The notes beneath the pieces were generated by a model. It ran no database searches. It had not been told where the DNA came from and worked only from the letters and a program-made list of their open reading frames with translations. Below, piece after piece: positions 38,113 through 48,229 of a stretch of DNA of 64,000 nucleotides; the stretch's first letter is position 1, and every line of letters begins with the position of its first letter. The stretch is from NCBI GenBank assembly GCA_963783575.1, contig CAWAOD010000005.1, forward strand, positions 512,001 to 576,000. Reading direction: 5' to 3'. Origin of the DNA: an uncultured Spirochaetota bacterium. Lineage in GTDB: Bacteria; Spirochaetota; Brevinematia; Brevinematales; JAOACQ01. The translations under genes were made by a program, and so were the position numbers.

Positions 38113-39921
38113 ATGCTGATTCTTCTTTTTTTTGCGTTCATATCGGGTGTTATTACCATATTATCGCCATGTATTTTACCGGTATTGCCAGTTGTTCTTG
38201 CAGGCAGTGTAACGGGCGGGAAAGCAAGACCATTCGGAATTGTTATCGGATTTATAGTGAGTTTTACAGTTTTTACATTGACATTAACGGCAATAGTCCA
38301 GGCGCTCGGTATTCCGCAGGATGTTATGCGTTATGTTGCCGTTGCTGTTCTTATAATTTTCGGTCTTATAATGCTGGTTCCGTGGCTTAAAGAGAGATTT
38401 ATGATTCTTGTTTCAGGTCTTGCAAACATTGGTTCAAAACTGTCTTCATCGGAAAAGAATGGATCTGGTAAAATTTCTAATAAGAGTAAAGGATTTTGGG
38501 GTGGTGTTCCGGTCGGTTTAAGCCTGGGAATTGTATGGACTCCCTGCGTCGGCCCAATTATGGCTTCGGTCCTTGCCCTGGCTTTAACTCAAAAAGTAAA
38601 CGGTAGTGCAGCATTGATAACATTTTTTTATTCATTGGGAACATCAATTCCAATGCTTGCAGTTATGTTAGGGGGCAGAGAACTATTAAAACGTATCCCC
38701 TGGCTTTCAGTCAACACTGAGAAAATGCAGAAAGTATTCGGTGTTTTAATGATCCTTGTTGGAGTTGCTATCGGAGCGGGATGGGACAGGGGATTCCAGA
38801 CACTGGTTTTGAAAACTTTTCCTTCATATGGAAGCGGGTTGACTGCTATTGAAAATAATAAAATTGTAATAAATGCCCTGAAAATAAATGAACATGATAA
38901 CAGCTTGAATAAAGCTCAATCGGAGATTATTCTTCCTAATATTCCCGGTAATTCATCTTCCATATTTCATGGAGTGTCAGATACCACATTACCGGATATA
39001 TCGTTGCCGGATTATGGTGTAGCGCCTGAAATAATTCCCGGCGGGACATGGATAAATTCACCGGAATTAACAATGCAGAAACTAAGGGGTAGTGTGGTAA
39101 TTGTTGATTTCTGGACATATAGCTGCATAAATTGCATACGTACTTTGCCTTATATAAGGGCATGGTACGAAGCCTATAAAGATAAAGGACTAGTAATTAT
39201 TGGCATTCATACTCCTGAATTTGAGTTTGAGAAAAAGACCGGAAATGTCATTTCGGCAGTCAGGGATTTAAAAGTAAGCTGGCCTGTTGTTCAGGACAAT
39301 AACTATCTTAATTGGAACAGTTACCGCAATCAATACTGGCCTGCTGATTATTTTATCGACAACCGCGGGCATGTCAGATACTTCCACTTCGGAGAGGGTG
39401 ATTACGTTGGAGCTGAGCAGGTTATTCAGAAGCTTCTTAAGGAAAAGGGTGCAGTTTTAAAAAACCTGGTTTCAAAACCAATGTACGATATTGAGGCGAA
39501 TACTCCAGAAACATATCTTGGTTATGAAAGAGGTTCAGGCTTCGCAAGCTCTCCGCTTCCGGTAAAAGATAAATCTGCCATGTACAAACCTGGTCATATG
39601 AAAGCTAATGGGGAATGGACTCTTGAAGGTAATTGGATAATCAGCAAGGAATATATTGAACCTCAGGATTCCGGTATTCTGGAGTTTTCATTCAATGCAC
39701 ATGATGCTTATCTTGTAATAACTCCTGTCGAATCAAATGCAAATATTAAAGTAACAGTAGATGGAAAAATAAGCGGGGATACAGCGGATGTCAAAAGCGG
39801 TGCATTGACAATTGATGGAAGCCGTTTATATCATTTAGCCGGATTTAAGGAACCGGAATTTCATACTTTACACCTGGAAAATCATGGGAAAGTACGTTTA
39901 TTCGCATTTACCTTCGGATAA
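38113..39921 (+). CDS. dipZ: DipZ (CcdA/DsbD-like TM domain + thioredoxin-like domain + C-terminal domain)
   Basis: LSPCILPVLP, WTPCVGPI, DFWTYSCINC, TPETYLG; GAGGAGG RBS before ATG 38113. Confidence 0.92.
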   Translation: MLILLFFAFISGVITILSPCILPVLPVVLAGSVTGGKARPFGIVIGFIVSFTVFTLTLTAIVQALGIPQDVMRYVAVAVLIIFGLIMLVPWLKERFMILVSGLANIGSKLSSSEKNGSGKISNKSKGFWGGVPVGLSLGIVWTPCVGPIMASVLALALTQKVNGSAALITFFYSLGTSIPMLAVMLGGRELLKRIPWLSVNTEKMQKVFGVLMILVGVAIGAGWDRGFQTLVLKTFPSYGSGLTAIENNKIVINALKINEHDNSLNKAQSEIILPNIPGNSSSIFHGVSDTTLPDISLPDYGVAPEIIPGGTWINSPELTMQKLRGSVVIVDFWTYSCINCIRTLPYIRAWYEAYKDKGLVIIGIHTPEFEFEKKTGNVISAVRDLKVSWPVVQDNNYLNWNSYRNQYWPADYFIDNRGHVRYFHFGEGDYVGAEQVIQKLLKEKGAVLKNLVSKPMYDIEANTPETYLGYERGSGFASSPLPVKDKSAMYKPGHMKANGEWTLEGNWIISKEYIEPQDSGILEFSFNAHDAYLVITPVESNANIKVTVDGKISGDTADVKSGALTIDGSRLYHLAGFKEPEFHTLHLENHGKVRLFAFTFG

Positions 39922-39939
39922 TAAGCATTCCGCTTGATG

Positions 39940-40719
39940 CTATTTATTAGTAGCCTGATCCTTATCAGCCCATTGATAACCGCTGAGTCCCAGAAGAATA
40001 AGAGCCGGTCCGTAGAATAACCATGTTATCCTGACGGCAATATCATAAACAGGCGTATTCATTGTGGCTAGTTTCAATGCTTCTCCCATATCGCAGAATG
40101 AAAAAAAGATTATTCCCGCCGTAATCAATCGTGCATTGATTAATGGAAAAGCTTTCAAAGTCAGCGTGTTGATTCCGAAAAATACATCGGTTACAAGCAC
40201 CAGGCCATATATAGAAACGGGAATAAACAGTTTCTGTTCAATAAGTTTGCCCGATAATGCAAATAGGAGCGCAAATATTGCACAGATAAGTACAACTGCT
40301 GTTATAATCCTGAAAGGAACAGGATTAATGCCATCTCTTGTTTCCTTAATTCCGTTAGTATATCGGAATATACTCAGAATATGGAAGATTATATAGCAGC
40401 TCATAGCAACGACGAAAAGCCATTGAGGATTATAAGTTGTTAGAGGAGGAATGATAAATCCGATATCGCCGATAAAAGTAAATAAAAAAGATATTTTAAA
40501 CAGGGTGGTCACTTTTTGTTTAAGCGTGTATTTACCGGCGGACCAAACTATAATAGTGCTGATTAGAGAAAATAATCCTTTTAAATAAAATGGGAAGCCT
40601 GATATGATTTTTACCAGTTCTTTTCCCCAGTCAGAATAAATGAACATTCCGGCAAAAAAAATGTTAATACCTGTAAGAACAAAAACAAAATACAATCTGA
40701 TCCTTGAATCTTCCTGCAT
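39940..40719 (-). CDS. YhhN/lysoplasmalogenase-family membrane protein
   Basis: Multi-TM; FIGDIGF, FHILS, AGIIFFSFCD, WLFYGPA motifs; GGAGG RBS before ATG 40719. Confidence 0.6.
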   Translation of the reverse strand: MQEDSRIRLYFVFVLTGINIFFAGMFIYSDWGKELVKIISGFPFYLKGLFSLISTIIVWSAGKYTLKQKVTTLFKISFLFTFIGDIGFIIPPLTTYNPQWLFVVAMSCYIIFHILSIFRYTNGIKETRDGINPVPFRIITAVVLICAIFALLFALSGKLIEQKLFIPVSIYGLVLVTDVFFGINTLTLKAFPLINARLITAGIIFFSFCDMGEALKLATMNTPVYDIAVRITWLFYGPALILLGLSGYQWADKDQATNK

Positions 40720-40824
40720 ATTGACCTCCATATATAATATTAAAAATTCACTTTATTTCGTAAAAGTCTTTGTCAAAGGACATCTATTCCTCATTTATAA
40801 AATGCAAATAAGCTTGCAGGATAA

Positions 40825-43014
40825 TTATTGAACTTTAAGTAATTTCATCAATTTTCTCATGTTTTCAATATTCCATTCATCTTCAGGTTTATATTTAATG
40901 TATTTGGATAAGTTATTTAATGTGTTGCTGTATCTGGATTTGAATTCTGAATTATTAATACTGTTTGATTGCGCTTCTTCGATTAAATAGTGTATATATT
41001 CCTTTACATTTTGTTGCGCCTGATCCGATAAATACCAGCCTACAGGAACTTCTTCCCCGCTGAATAAAAGATTCAATTCGATAACTTTGGATTTTCCAAG
41101 TAAGTTTTTAAGTACCGATGTCGAATATGGAGTTCTAGACATCCATGTATTAAAGAAAGTCAGAATCGGCTGTGTAATCTCGTAACACCACCTGGAAGGT
41201 TTGGTTTTTGTCACGGGATCATTTTTTATAACAATGGCATAAATGTTTTTTGGATTAAAGTTGATCTTGGTTTGATTTGTTTTATCGTTTTGACCGGATT
41301 CATTCTTTAAGATACATGTCAGTATATCAAAAGCCGTTGCAGAACCTGAATTCTCAAAATAACCGCCGTCATCAATATGTCCCCAGATTTTATTTGAGAC
41401 AAAAAGTTTGTCAGGTTCATTGTAAACTCTTGCTGCAGGAGTAATATACGGGAATCTAGCGCTGAGGAATGATGCGGTACTCAGGGGTATGCGGCTGCTG
41501 TAATTGGAAAATTTAGTGTTAAAATCAACACAGTCACTGAACTGTTTGTAGAATGGCAGCGTACTGATAATAACCCTGTTGCCTTTTTCTACTGATGATG
41601 TATTTAAAAATAAGAACGGTAATGAATAAGTTTTTGTTTTAAAGTAATCATCCCAGAGGCTGTAAAATGCATTTGTAAAATAATTGTCACTTCCTTTAAA
41701 AGTGTCCTGCCAGGATGATTCCAGGGCTTTTTCAAGTGCCAAAGCCCTGTCGAAATAGTGTATTGGGAAAGGAAGAAAACGCTGAAGAAAATCAGGATAA
41801 AATAATGAACCGATAACCGGGGATAAAAAGTCTCTTCCAAGTATAGAACCGGACTTTTCGGCAAGGAGGGATTGTTCTTTCTGCTGTGAATTTTCCTTTA
41901 CTAAAGCCAGATAAACCGCTGATCCCAAAGATCCACCCGAAACGCTTGATATTGCGAATACATGTTCGTTTAAACGGCAATAATTTGTATTAGTTATTGA
42001 CAGATCCTGCAGACTTGACAGCAGATATGAGGACCAATAAGCGGACCGCATTCCTCCGCCTTCAACGGCAATAATGAAAATGTTATTTGTTTTATTGGAA
42101 GAATATTTATTTGTGAAATTATTATTTTCATATTCGAACCAATTCTTAAAAAAAATGTCAAAATTAATTTTTGCTTTATTATTTTGCATATCCTGTGAAA
42201 AATTATATGCCGGATTGATATTTTGTTTTTTGGGGAGTAATTTGATCCAGTGGTTATTATTTACATAACTGCATAAAACGAATAATATAACCGCGATTGC
42301 AAAGACAGGTATTGACTTATATTTTTTTAGATAAATAAGTATAACAAAAGTTGAAGTAAAAAAAGCCAGGAATGAAACAATAATGGCATCGGTTCCGAAA
42401 AATTGTGGATCGGAAACCTTGCTGATAATAAAAAGGATCATAAAAAAGATAAATACAGCTATCGATAAAAAATCATACCCCCACATATTCATAATTTCCT
42501 TAAATGAGCCTTGAATAAAATACGCTTCATCCTGGATCTTCCTTTTTATATCAATACTTTTAAAAATTCTTCTTCTGATTATCACAAATACAAAAAATAT
42601 AATTAGTAAAATCAGGTTTATTATAAGAAATAATATCAAATATTTTGATGAGTTATCTTTATTATTGGAAAAAATAAAGGCAAATGAAATTATTAAAAAA
42701 ATAAAAGCTCCATAAAACCTCGGCAGCCATTTTTGGAAAAATCTATGAGCTTTCTTATTTTTTGGTTTAAATTCCGTAAAATCAAATAATGACCTGGAGC
42801 TATACCAAGTCTGTATTGCCCAGAATACTGCAAGTATCTGAAAAATGAAAAACTTAAACTTGAATCCACTGTATAAAATTTCCCTGGTAACATCTCTTAT
42901 CTGGTCAATATCCCAGAATATTATACACCCCATTATTATCATTATGATGATAAAAGTACTTTTTCTTAATAAATAAATTAATTCAATTGACCAGGTTTTT
43001 AGAATATTAAACAT
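40825..43014 (-). CDS. Polytopic membrane protein with C-terminal patatin-like phospholipase domain
   Basis: About 7 N-terminal TMs; EGGGMRSAYW oxyanion loop, SSVSGGSLG nucleophile, SARFPYITP, DGGYFENSG. Confidence 0.85.
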   Translation of the reverse strand: MFNILKTWSIELIYLLRKSTFIIIMIIMGCIIFWDIDQIRDVTREILYSGFKFKFFIFQILAVFWAIQTWYSSRSLFDFTEFKPKNKKAHRFFQKWLPRFYGAFIFLIISFAFIFSNNKDNSSKYLILFLIINLILLIIFFVFVIIRRRIFKSIDIKRKIQDEAYFIQGSFKEIMNMWGYDFLSIAVFIFFMILFIISKVSDPQFFGTDAIIVSFLAFFTSTFVILIYLKKYKSIPVFAIAVILFVLCSYVNNNHWIKLLPKKQNINPAYNFSQDMQNNKAKINFDIFFKNWFEYENNNFTNKYSSNKTNNIFIIAVEGGGMRSAYWSSYLLSSLQDLSITNTNYCRLNEHVFAISSVSGGSLGSAVYLALVKENSQQKEQSLLAEKSGSILGRDFLSPVIGSLFYPDFLQRFLPFPIHYFDRALALEKALESSWQDTFKGSDNYFTNAFYSLWDDYFKTKTYSLPFLFLNTSSVEKGNRVIISTLPFYKQFSDCVDFNTKFSNYSSRIPLSTASFLSARFPYITPAARVYNEPDKLFVSNKIWGHIDDGGYFENSGSATAFDILTCILKNESGQNDKTNQTKINFNPKNIYAIVIKNDPVTKTKPSRWCYEITQPILTFFNTWMSRTPYSTSVLKNLLGKSKVIELNLLFSGEEVPVGWYLSDQAQQNVKEYIHYLIEEAQSNSINNSEFKSRYSNTLNNLSKYIKYKPEDEWNIENMRKLMKLLKVQ

Positions 43015-43657
43015 ATAGCCTCCGGTTATTTGATTATTTATTAATGAATTACAGTTATTTGCATTGTATAAAATATTTAATAAAATAATTTATGAATATA
43101 TCGGATAACTATATTTATATCTTAAAACATTATTCAAATTTAAATGATCTCAAACATAAAAACTTAAAATCAGAAATAATTCTTTGTTGTAATGATTATA
43201 AAACTTTTTTGATTTTTGGTAATGTGAATATTACATGAGAAAAAATATTTTGGATGATAAATTTATTTACTATATTTGTTACTTACACACAAGTATGGAT
43301 TTGTAAATCAGTATATTAGTCAACTCCTTTTTAGTCAGATAAACCATAATTTAAGATGATTATTATTTGTTATTTATTTTTTTTTTCTTTATCATAGAAT
43401 TATAGGAATAAAGAAACTGCTAATACAAATTTAAAATTAGTTTTTGTTATAGGTAAAATTTTTTGGAACCTGTAGTGAAACCAAAAGAAGGGAATGCAAT
43501 CTGAAATTTCTTTTCACTGCGAATGATACCAAATTACTTTATTTAAGGCGATAATTACTGAGACATATTCCGGCTCTTCCGGTAAGGCTAAGCGCGTTTT
43601 AATTTAAAAACAATACTGATTTTACTTAGAACTTGGCTATAAGTATGAGGATATCAA

Positions 43658-45181
43658 ATGAGTTCAAATAATGAAAATTTTATCCTGGAAATTGACGGTG
43701 TATCAAAGTATTATGACGGTGTTAACGCCATAGATGACATCTCTTTAAAAATACATTATAATGAGGTTCATGCTATCGTCGGTGAAAACGGAGCCGGGAA
43801 ATCCACTCTTATGAAGATAATCGGCGGTATTATATTGCGCGATAGAGGCAGAATAAAATTTCTGGGCAAAGAAGTTAATTTTCAAAAACCTTCCGATGCA
43901 ATAGCCGCCGGCATTTCGTTTATTCATCAGGAGCTTTCACTGGTTTCTACACTTAGTGTTATGATAAATATATTTATGAATCACATCCCGGGTTGGTTCG
44001 GAATTATACGCATAAACGAACTTGAAAAAAAAGTCGGCACAATAATGGAAAAGGTGGGATTGAATATTAACCCCCATATTCTGGTGAAAGACCTGAGTTT
44101 TTCCCAGCGCCAGCTTGTCGAGGTAGCTAAGGCTATTTCTTTAAACAGCCGTCTTATAATAATGGATGAACCCAATTCAACTCTGACAGAAAAGGAGACT
44201 GAGCGCTTGTTCCAGCTCATTGATGAGCTGAAAAAAATGGGTGTTTCCATTATTTATGTTTCGCATAAAATTGAAGAAGTATTAAAGATATCCGACAGGA
44301 TCAGCGTCCTGAGGGACGGGAGATATGTTGGAACACTTGATAAGAAGAACGCCAATCTGGACATGATTATCCAAATGATGATTGGAAGGAATTTGATGTA
44401 TTCCACTCTATCAGGCACTTATAAAAAGGGACCTGTCCTCCTTGAAGTGCATGAACTGACAGGGAAAAAGTTTAAGAATGTAAGTTTCACTTTGCGCGCG
44501 GGTGAAATCCTCGGATTCGCCGGGCTGGTCGGCGCGGGAAGAAGCGAGGTTGCTAGGGCGATATTCGGTGATGAACCTTATCATTCCGGTTATATAATTT
44601 ATGAAAATAAGAGGATTAAGTTTAAATCACCGAAAGAAGCAATTAAGAACGGCATTGTCATGGTTCAGGAGGACAGAAAGGACTTATCTCTTTTTATAGA
44701 TCTTTCAGTCGATCTGAATATGTCAATTACAAAACTTCCTGAAATCAGCCGGGGCGGAATTATTGCCCGCACGCAACTTTATGATACATTGAATGAAATG
44801 GTGCATAGGCTGAATATCAAACTGAATTATTATGGAGATCCGATCTCAAGGCTTTCCGGAGGTAATCAGCAAAAAGCAGTACTGGCACGCTGGCTGGCGA
44901 TGAATCCAAAGCTTCTCATTCTGGATGAACCGACCCATGGCATCGATATCGGTGTAAAACTTGAAATCTACCAGCTTATACATAAGCTGGCGAGGAAAGG
45001 TATCGGTATTATTCTTGTATCATCCGAACTTCCTGAAATAATGATGATGGCGGACAGGGTGATAGTCATGAGGGACGGCCATATCACCGGTATACTTGAA
45101 GAAGACCAGATCGCTGAGGATGCGATAATGACCTACGCAACATATGATTCAGTGCATGAAAAGCAGATGTGCACAACATAG
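43658..45181 (+). CDS. Monosaccharide ABC transporter ATP-binding protein (RbsA/MglA type), orphan
   Basis: GENGAGKST, MDEP, GLVGAGRSE, LSGGNQQK, LDEPTHGID. Confidence 0.93.
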   Translation: MSSNNENFILEIDGVSKYYDGVNAIDDISLKIHYNEVHAIVGENGAGKSTLMKIIGGIILRDRGRIKFLGKEVNFQKPSDAIAAGISFIHQELSLVSTLSVMINIFMNHIPGWFGIIRINELEKKVGTIMEKVGLNINPHILVKDLSFSQRQLVEVAKAISLNSRLIIMDEPNSTLTEKETERLFQLIDELKKMGVSIIYVSHKIEEVLKISDRISVLRDGRYVGTLDKKNANLDMIIQMMIGRNLMYSTLSGTYKKGPVLLEVHELTGKKFKNVSFTLRAGEILGFAGLVGAGRSEVARAIFGDEPYHSGYIIYENKRIKFKSPKEAIKNGIVMVQEDRKDLSLFIDLSVDLNMSITKLPEISRGGIIARTQLYDTLNEMVHRLNIKLNYYGDPISRLSGGNQQKAVLARWLAMNPKLLILDEPTHGIDIGVKLEIYQLIHKLARKGIGIILVSSELPEIMMMADRVIVMRDGHITGILEEDQIAEDAIMTYATYDSVHEKQMCTT

Positions 45182-45195
45182 ATACGTTCCGCTAC

Positions 45196-45445
45196 GGTTC
45201 GACAGAGCCTGCCGAACCATCAGGGCAGGCGCTGTTCACCAGCCGCGCATAGATGCGCATAAGCCAGAAGTGGAGCATAGATACTCCATGAGGGCTCTTC
45301 AAGCAACATAAAGACAGTGGTGAACGAAAGTTCGCCAAGCCCAAGTCATATAGGGAACAAGGATGTTCCATGAGAGTTTTACTTTTACAATGCAAATAGT
45401 GGCGAACGCTAGTTCGCCAAGCGCCACTATGGCGCAGGGTCACGC
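45196..45445. repeat. GC-rich hairpin array containing two 82-bp-period structured units
   Basis: GGAGCATAGATACTCC(45272)/GGAACAAGGATGTTCC(45354) and AGTGGTGAACGAAAGTTCGCCAAGC(45316)/AGTGGCGAACGCTAGTTCGCCAAGC(45398). Confidence 0.7.
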
Positions 45446-45527
45446 TTATTAAAAATATGTATTAAATGAAACGCAATTTTATTGCGATAATTAGTCAATT
45501 AATTGTATAATCAATATAGATTCATCT

Positions 45528-46765
45528 ATGAAAACCAATCAAATAAAAGAATTTTCTCTTGACAGCGATAAGTTTTTAGAGCAGGTTGAAATTGTCAAGG
45601 ACATGTATTACAGGGAATTCGGAATAAAATCTATCCTGGTTGACCGGAACGCATATATAGTCAGGGAAGATTCCGAATCCTGGTGTTGCAAAGATTATTA
45701 TTGCCAAAACAAGGAAAACTGCTTGAAAGATCACAGCATCGTTCTAAAGGAATCGCTGCAATGGGGCGGGAATTTCTTTTACTGCTGCCACAAGGGATTT
45801 GTACTCTGGAGCGTACCGTTATTGATTGAAGGTGAGTTTCATGGAGGATTGATTGCCGGATTTTGCTTATTTGAACAGGATAAGGATATCAGCAGGGAAA
45901 GGGAATACAGGGAGTCTTTAATACGGCCGAAAAAATAAAATATATCAATCCTGCAAATTTAAACTATACCATAAACTTCTTTTCACTATTGGCTGGAAAA
46001 TACGGAGTTTCAGATATCAATTACCTCCTGACACTTCATAAAAAATATTATGTTCAGAAAGAAATATCCGAGAAGGTCGCCAATAAAAAGAACCATAAAA
46101 CTCAATATGAAAATCTTTTTTCAGACAAACTCAATAAGTTTTTGGCTTCCTTTAAAATTGCCGATGCCGATGAGATTAAAACTAATTTGAACAATGTCCT
46201 GAGCGAAATATATCATGAATCGATTAATGATATGGGTATACTGAAATTCCGCATGCTTGAGCTTTTTGTACTTATATCCAGGGCATTGGTCGAACAGGGA
46301 GACAGGCCCGAAAAATACTATGAAATGACTAAAGAATATATAAAGAAATCCGAGGAACTGTCCGATGTCTTTTCCTTCTCATTATGGATTACTGATCTAA
46401 TCGATGGGATTATGAAAGATATCCTGGAAAAAAGGAATAATCTTAACCGGATAAAAATGGAAAATGCCATAGCCTATGCGGTGAAAAATATTGATAAAAA
46501 TATAACACCAGCAAATGCGGCTGCCTTCATCGGATTTTCCGAATCAAAATTTTCCCATCTCTTTACAGAAGAGTTTGGAATACCCTTTTCAAAATATATT
46601 ATGAATTTGAGAATGGAAGAGGCTAAAAAAATACTCAATACCACATCCGAAAGCATTACGATTGTAGCATCAAGCCTTGGTTTTTATGATCAGAGCCATT
46701 TCACCAGGATTTTTAAGCAATTTACGGGTTTTACGCCAAAGGAATACAAAAAAAAGCAACAATAA
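45528..46765 (+). pseudogene. PocR sensory-domain + AraC HTH regulator, split by a 1-nt frameshift (possibly a sequencing error)
   Basis: PocR-like C..C..FYCCHKGFVLWSVPL..GGLIAG; AraC SESKFSHLF..LGFYDQSHFTRIFKQFTGFTPKEY; one more A in the A6 run at 45930-45935 fuses the two ORFs (PKKIKYINP). Confidence 0.78.
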
Positions 46766-46941
46766 TCTCAAAAGAACTTTCTTTAAAAATTTCCACTTTT
46801 TTATTTTTTTGCACTGATGTACAAAAAAAAAGCAGAAATTTACTATACTGTTTAGATCATTTAAACCTAAAATCTATCCGCTATCTTTTATGAAAGGATA
46901 ATAAGTATAAAGTTTTTAGATAAAATTATCAGACATTTAAT

Positions 46942-46965
46942 ACTTATTAAATATCATTTAAAATT
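46942..46965. promoter_or_regulatory. ROK-type XylR operator candidate upstream of chvE
   Basis: ACTTATTAAA-TATCA-TTTAAAATT resembles the clostridial XylR motif ACTTattAAA-N5-TTTaaAAgt; twin site upstream of xylA. Confidence 0.6.
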
Positions 46966-46977
46966 TAGTTTACTTAT

Positions 46978-47006
46978 TTGACATAAAATTAAAAAAATGT
47001 TAAGAT
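46978..47006 (+). promoter_or_regulatory. Sigma70 promoter of chvE-mmsAB
   Basis: TTGACA-N17-TAAGAT with TG extension. Confidence 0.6.
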
Positions 47007-47072
47007 TAGCTTCTTTAAAAATCGAAATTCAAAAATATTCATGTATATAAATTCTTAAAGGAGGAATATATT

Positions 47073-48149
47073 ATGAAGAAGAGAATTCTCGTAGTAGTAG
47101 CTGTTCTAGTAGCAGCTTTCGGTCTTTCTTATGCAGCCGATTATATCGGTATTGCAATGCCGGAAACCCATGTTGAAAGATGGGTAAAAGATGGCGCAGC
47201 TCTGAAAGCTGATGCAATTGCCAAAGGTTACAAGGCTGATGACACTTATGCTGATGCTGACCAGGGCACACAGAATAAGCAGATCGAAGATATGCTTACA
47301 AAAGGTGCAAAGCTTCTTGTTATTGCAGACATTAACGAAGGTGTTGATCCTGTAGTAGCTGAAGCTGCTAAAGAAAAGGTAACCGTTATTGCTTATGACC
47401 GTATGATTACCGGTTCGGCTGATTATGACTATTATATTACCTTTGATAACTTCCAGGTTGGAGTATTCCAGGGTAAAGCCATTGAAGAAGCTCTCAATCT
47501 TCCTAAGGCTGCAAAGTCTCATCCAAAGATCATTACCCTTTTCTCAGGTTCTCCTACAGACAACAATGCAAAGGTATTCTTTGACGGCGCAATGAGCATT
47601 CTCGCTCCTTATGTTACAAAAGGAGTCGTTAAGCTTGTTGGACCAGCTCCTCTTAAATCTTCAGACGCTTCTTGGATGAAGATCACAACAGAAAACTGGC
47701 ATGCAGATGTTGCTAAAACCCGTATGGAAAATCTTCTGAACAATGAAGCTGCAAAAGTTGTTCTCGATGCAGTTCTTGCTCCGAACGACACCCTTTCCCG
47801 CGCTATTCAGGAAGCATGCGCTGCTGATGCGAAATATGTAAAAAAACTTCCTATTATAACAGGACAAGACGGCGAAGTTGCTTCTATAGCAGCTATCCGC
47901 GATGGAAAACAGTATATGACAGTATTTAAGGATACACGTCAGCTTGCTACAGCTACTATTGTACTTGCAGACGCTTTACTGAAAGGTCAGACCCCTGCTA
48001 TCGAAGGTGCTCGTCTTGACACAACATCCTACAATACCGGAAAGAAATTTGTTAAAGCTTATCTCCTTAAACCTATTAATGTAACAAAAGAAAATTGGAA
48101 AGCAGTTATGATCGACAGCGGATATTACAAATTAGAAGATATCAAATAG
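47073..48149 (+). CDS. chvE: Multiple-monosaccharide/xylose ABC substrate-binding protein (ChvE/XylF family)
   Basis: IGIAMP..ERWVKDG, VIAYDRMI..YYITFDNFQVG, SGSPTDNNA, APND, TGQDGE, MTVFKDTR. Confidence 0.88.
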   Translation: MKKRILVVVAVLVAAFGLSYAADYIGIAMPETHVERWVKDGAALKADAIAKGYKADDTYADADQGTQNKQIEDMLTKGAKLLVIADINEGVDPVVAEAAKEKVTVIAYDRMITGSADYDYYITFDNFQVGVFQGKAIEEALNLPKAAKSHPKIITLFSGSPTDNNAKVFFDGAMSILAPYVTKGVVKLVGPAPLKSSDASWMKITTENWHADVAKTRMENLLNNEAAKVVLDAVLAPNDTLSRAIQEACAADAKYVKKLPIITGQDGEVASIAAIRDGKQYMTVFKDTRQLATATIVLADALLKGQTPAIEGARLDTTSYNTGKKFVKAYLLKPINVTKENWKAVMIDSGYYKLEDIK

Positions 48150-48166
48150 TTTATTATCGATTTGAC

Positions 48167-48204
48167 CGGGTCAACCCAAAGCTGGGTTGACCCGCTTTGT
48201 TTTT
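48167..48204 (+). terminator. Stem-loop after chvE
   Basis: CGGGTCAACCCA-AAGC-TGGGTTGACCCG followed by a U-rich tail. Confidence 0.7.
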
Positions 48205-48229
48205 ATAATTTTAGACAGAGGATACTACA

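Noticed and set aside
40825..43014. CBASS or other defence system around the patatin gene
   Set aside because: No cyclase, NTPase or other defence partner is adjacent
43465..43605. GTAGTGAAA/TTTCACTGC inverted repeat and an SSGKAKRV peptide resembling a CoA-ligase C-terminus
   Set aside because: Short degenerate matches indistinguishable from chance
45192..45443. 83-aa minus-strand ORF, or attC/group II intron/CRISPR identity for the hairpin array
   Set aside because: No RBS or recognisable domain; no complete attC R/L boxes, intron domain V, RT, integrase or cas gene seen
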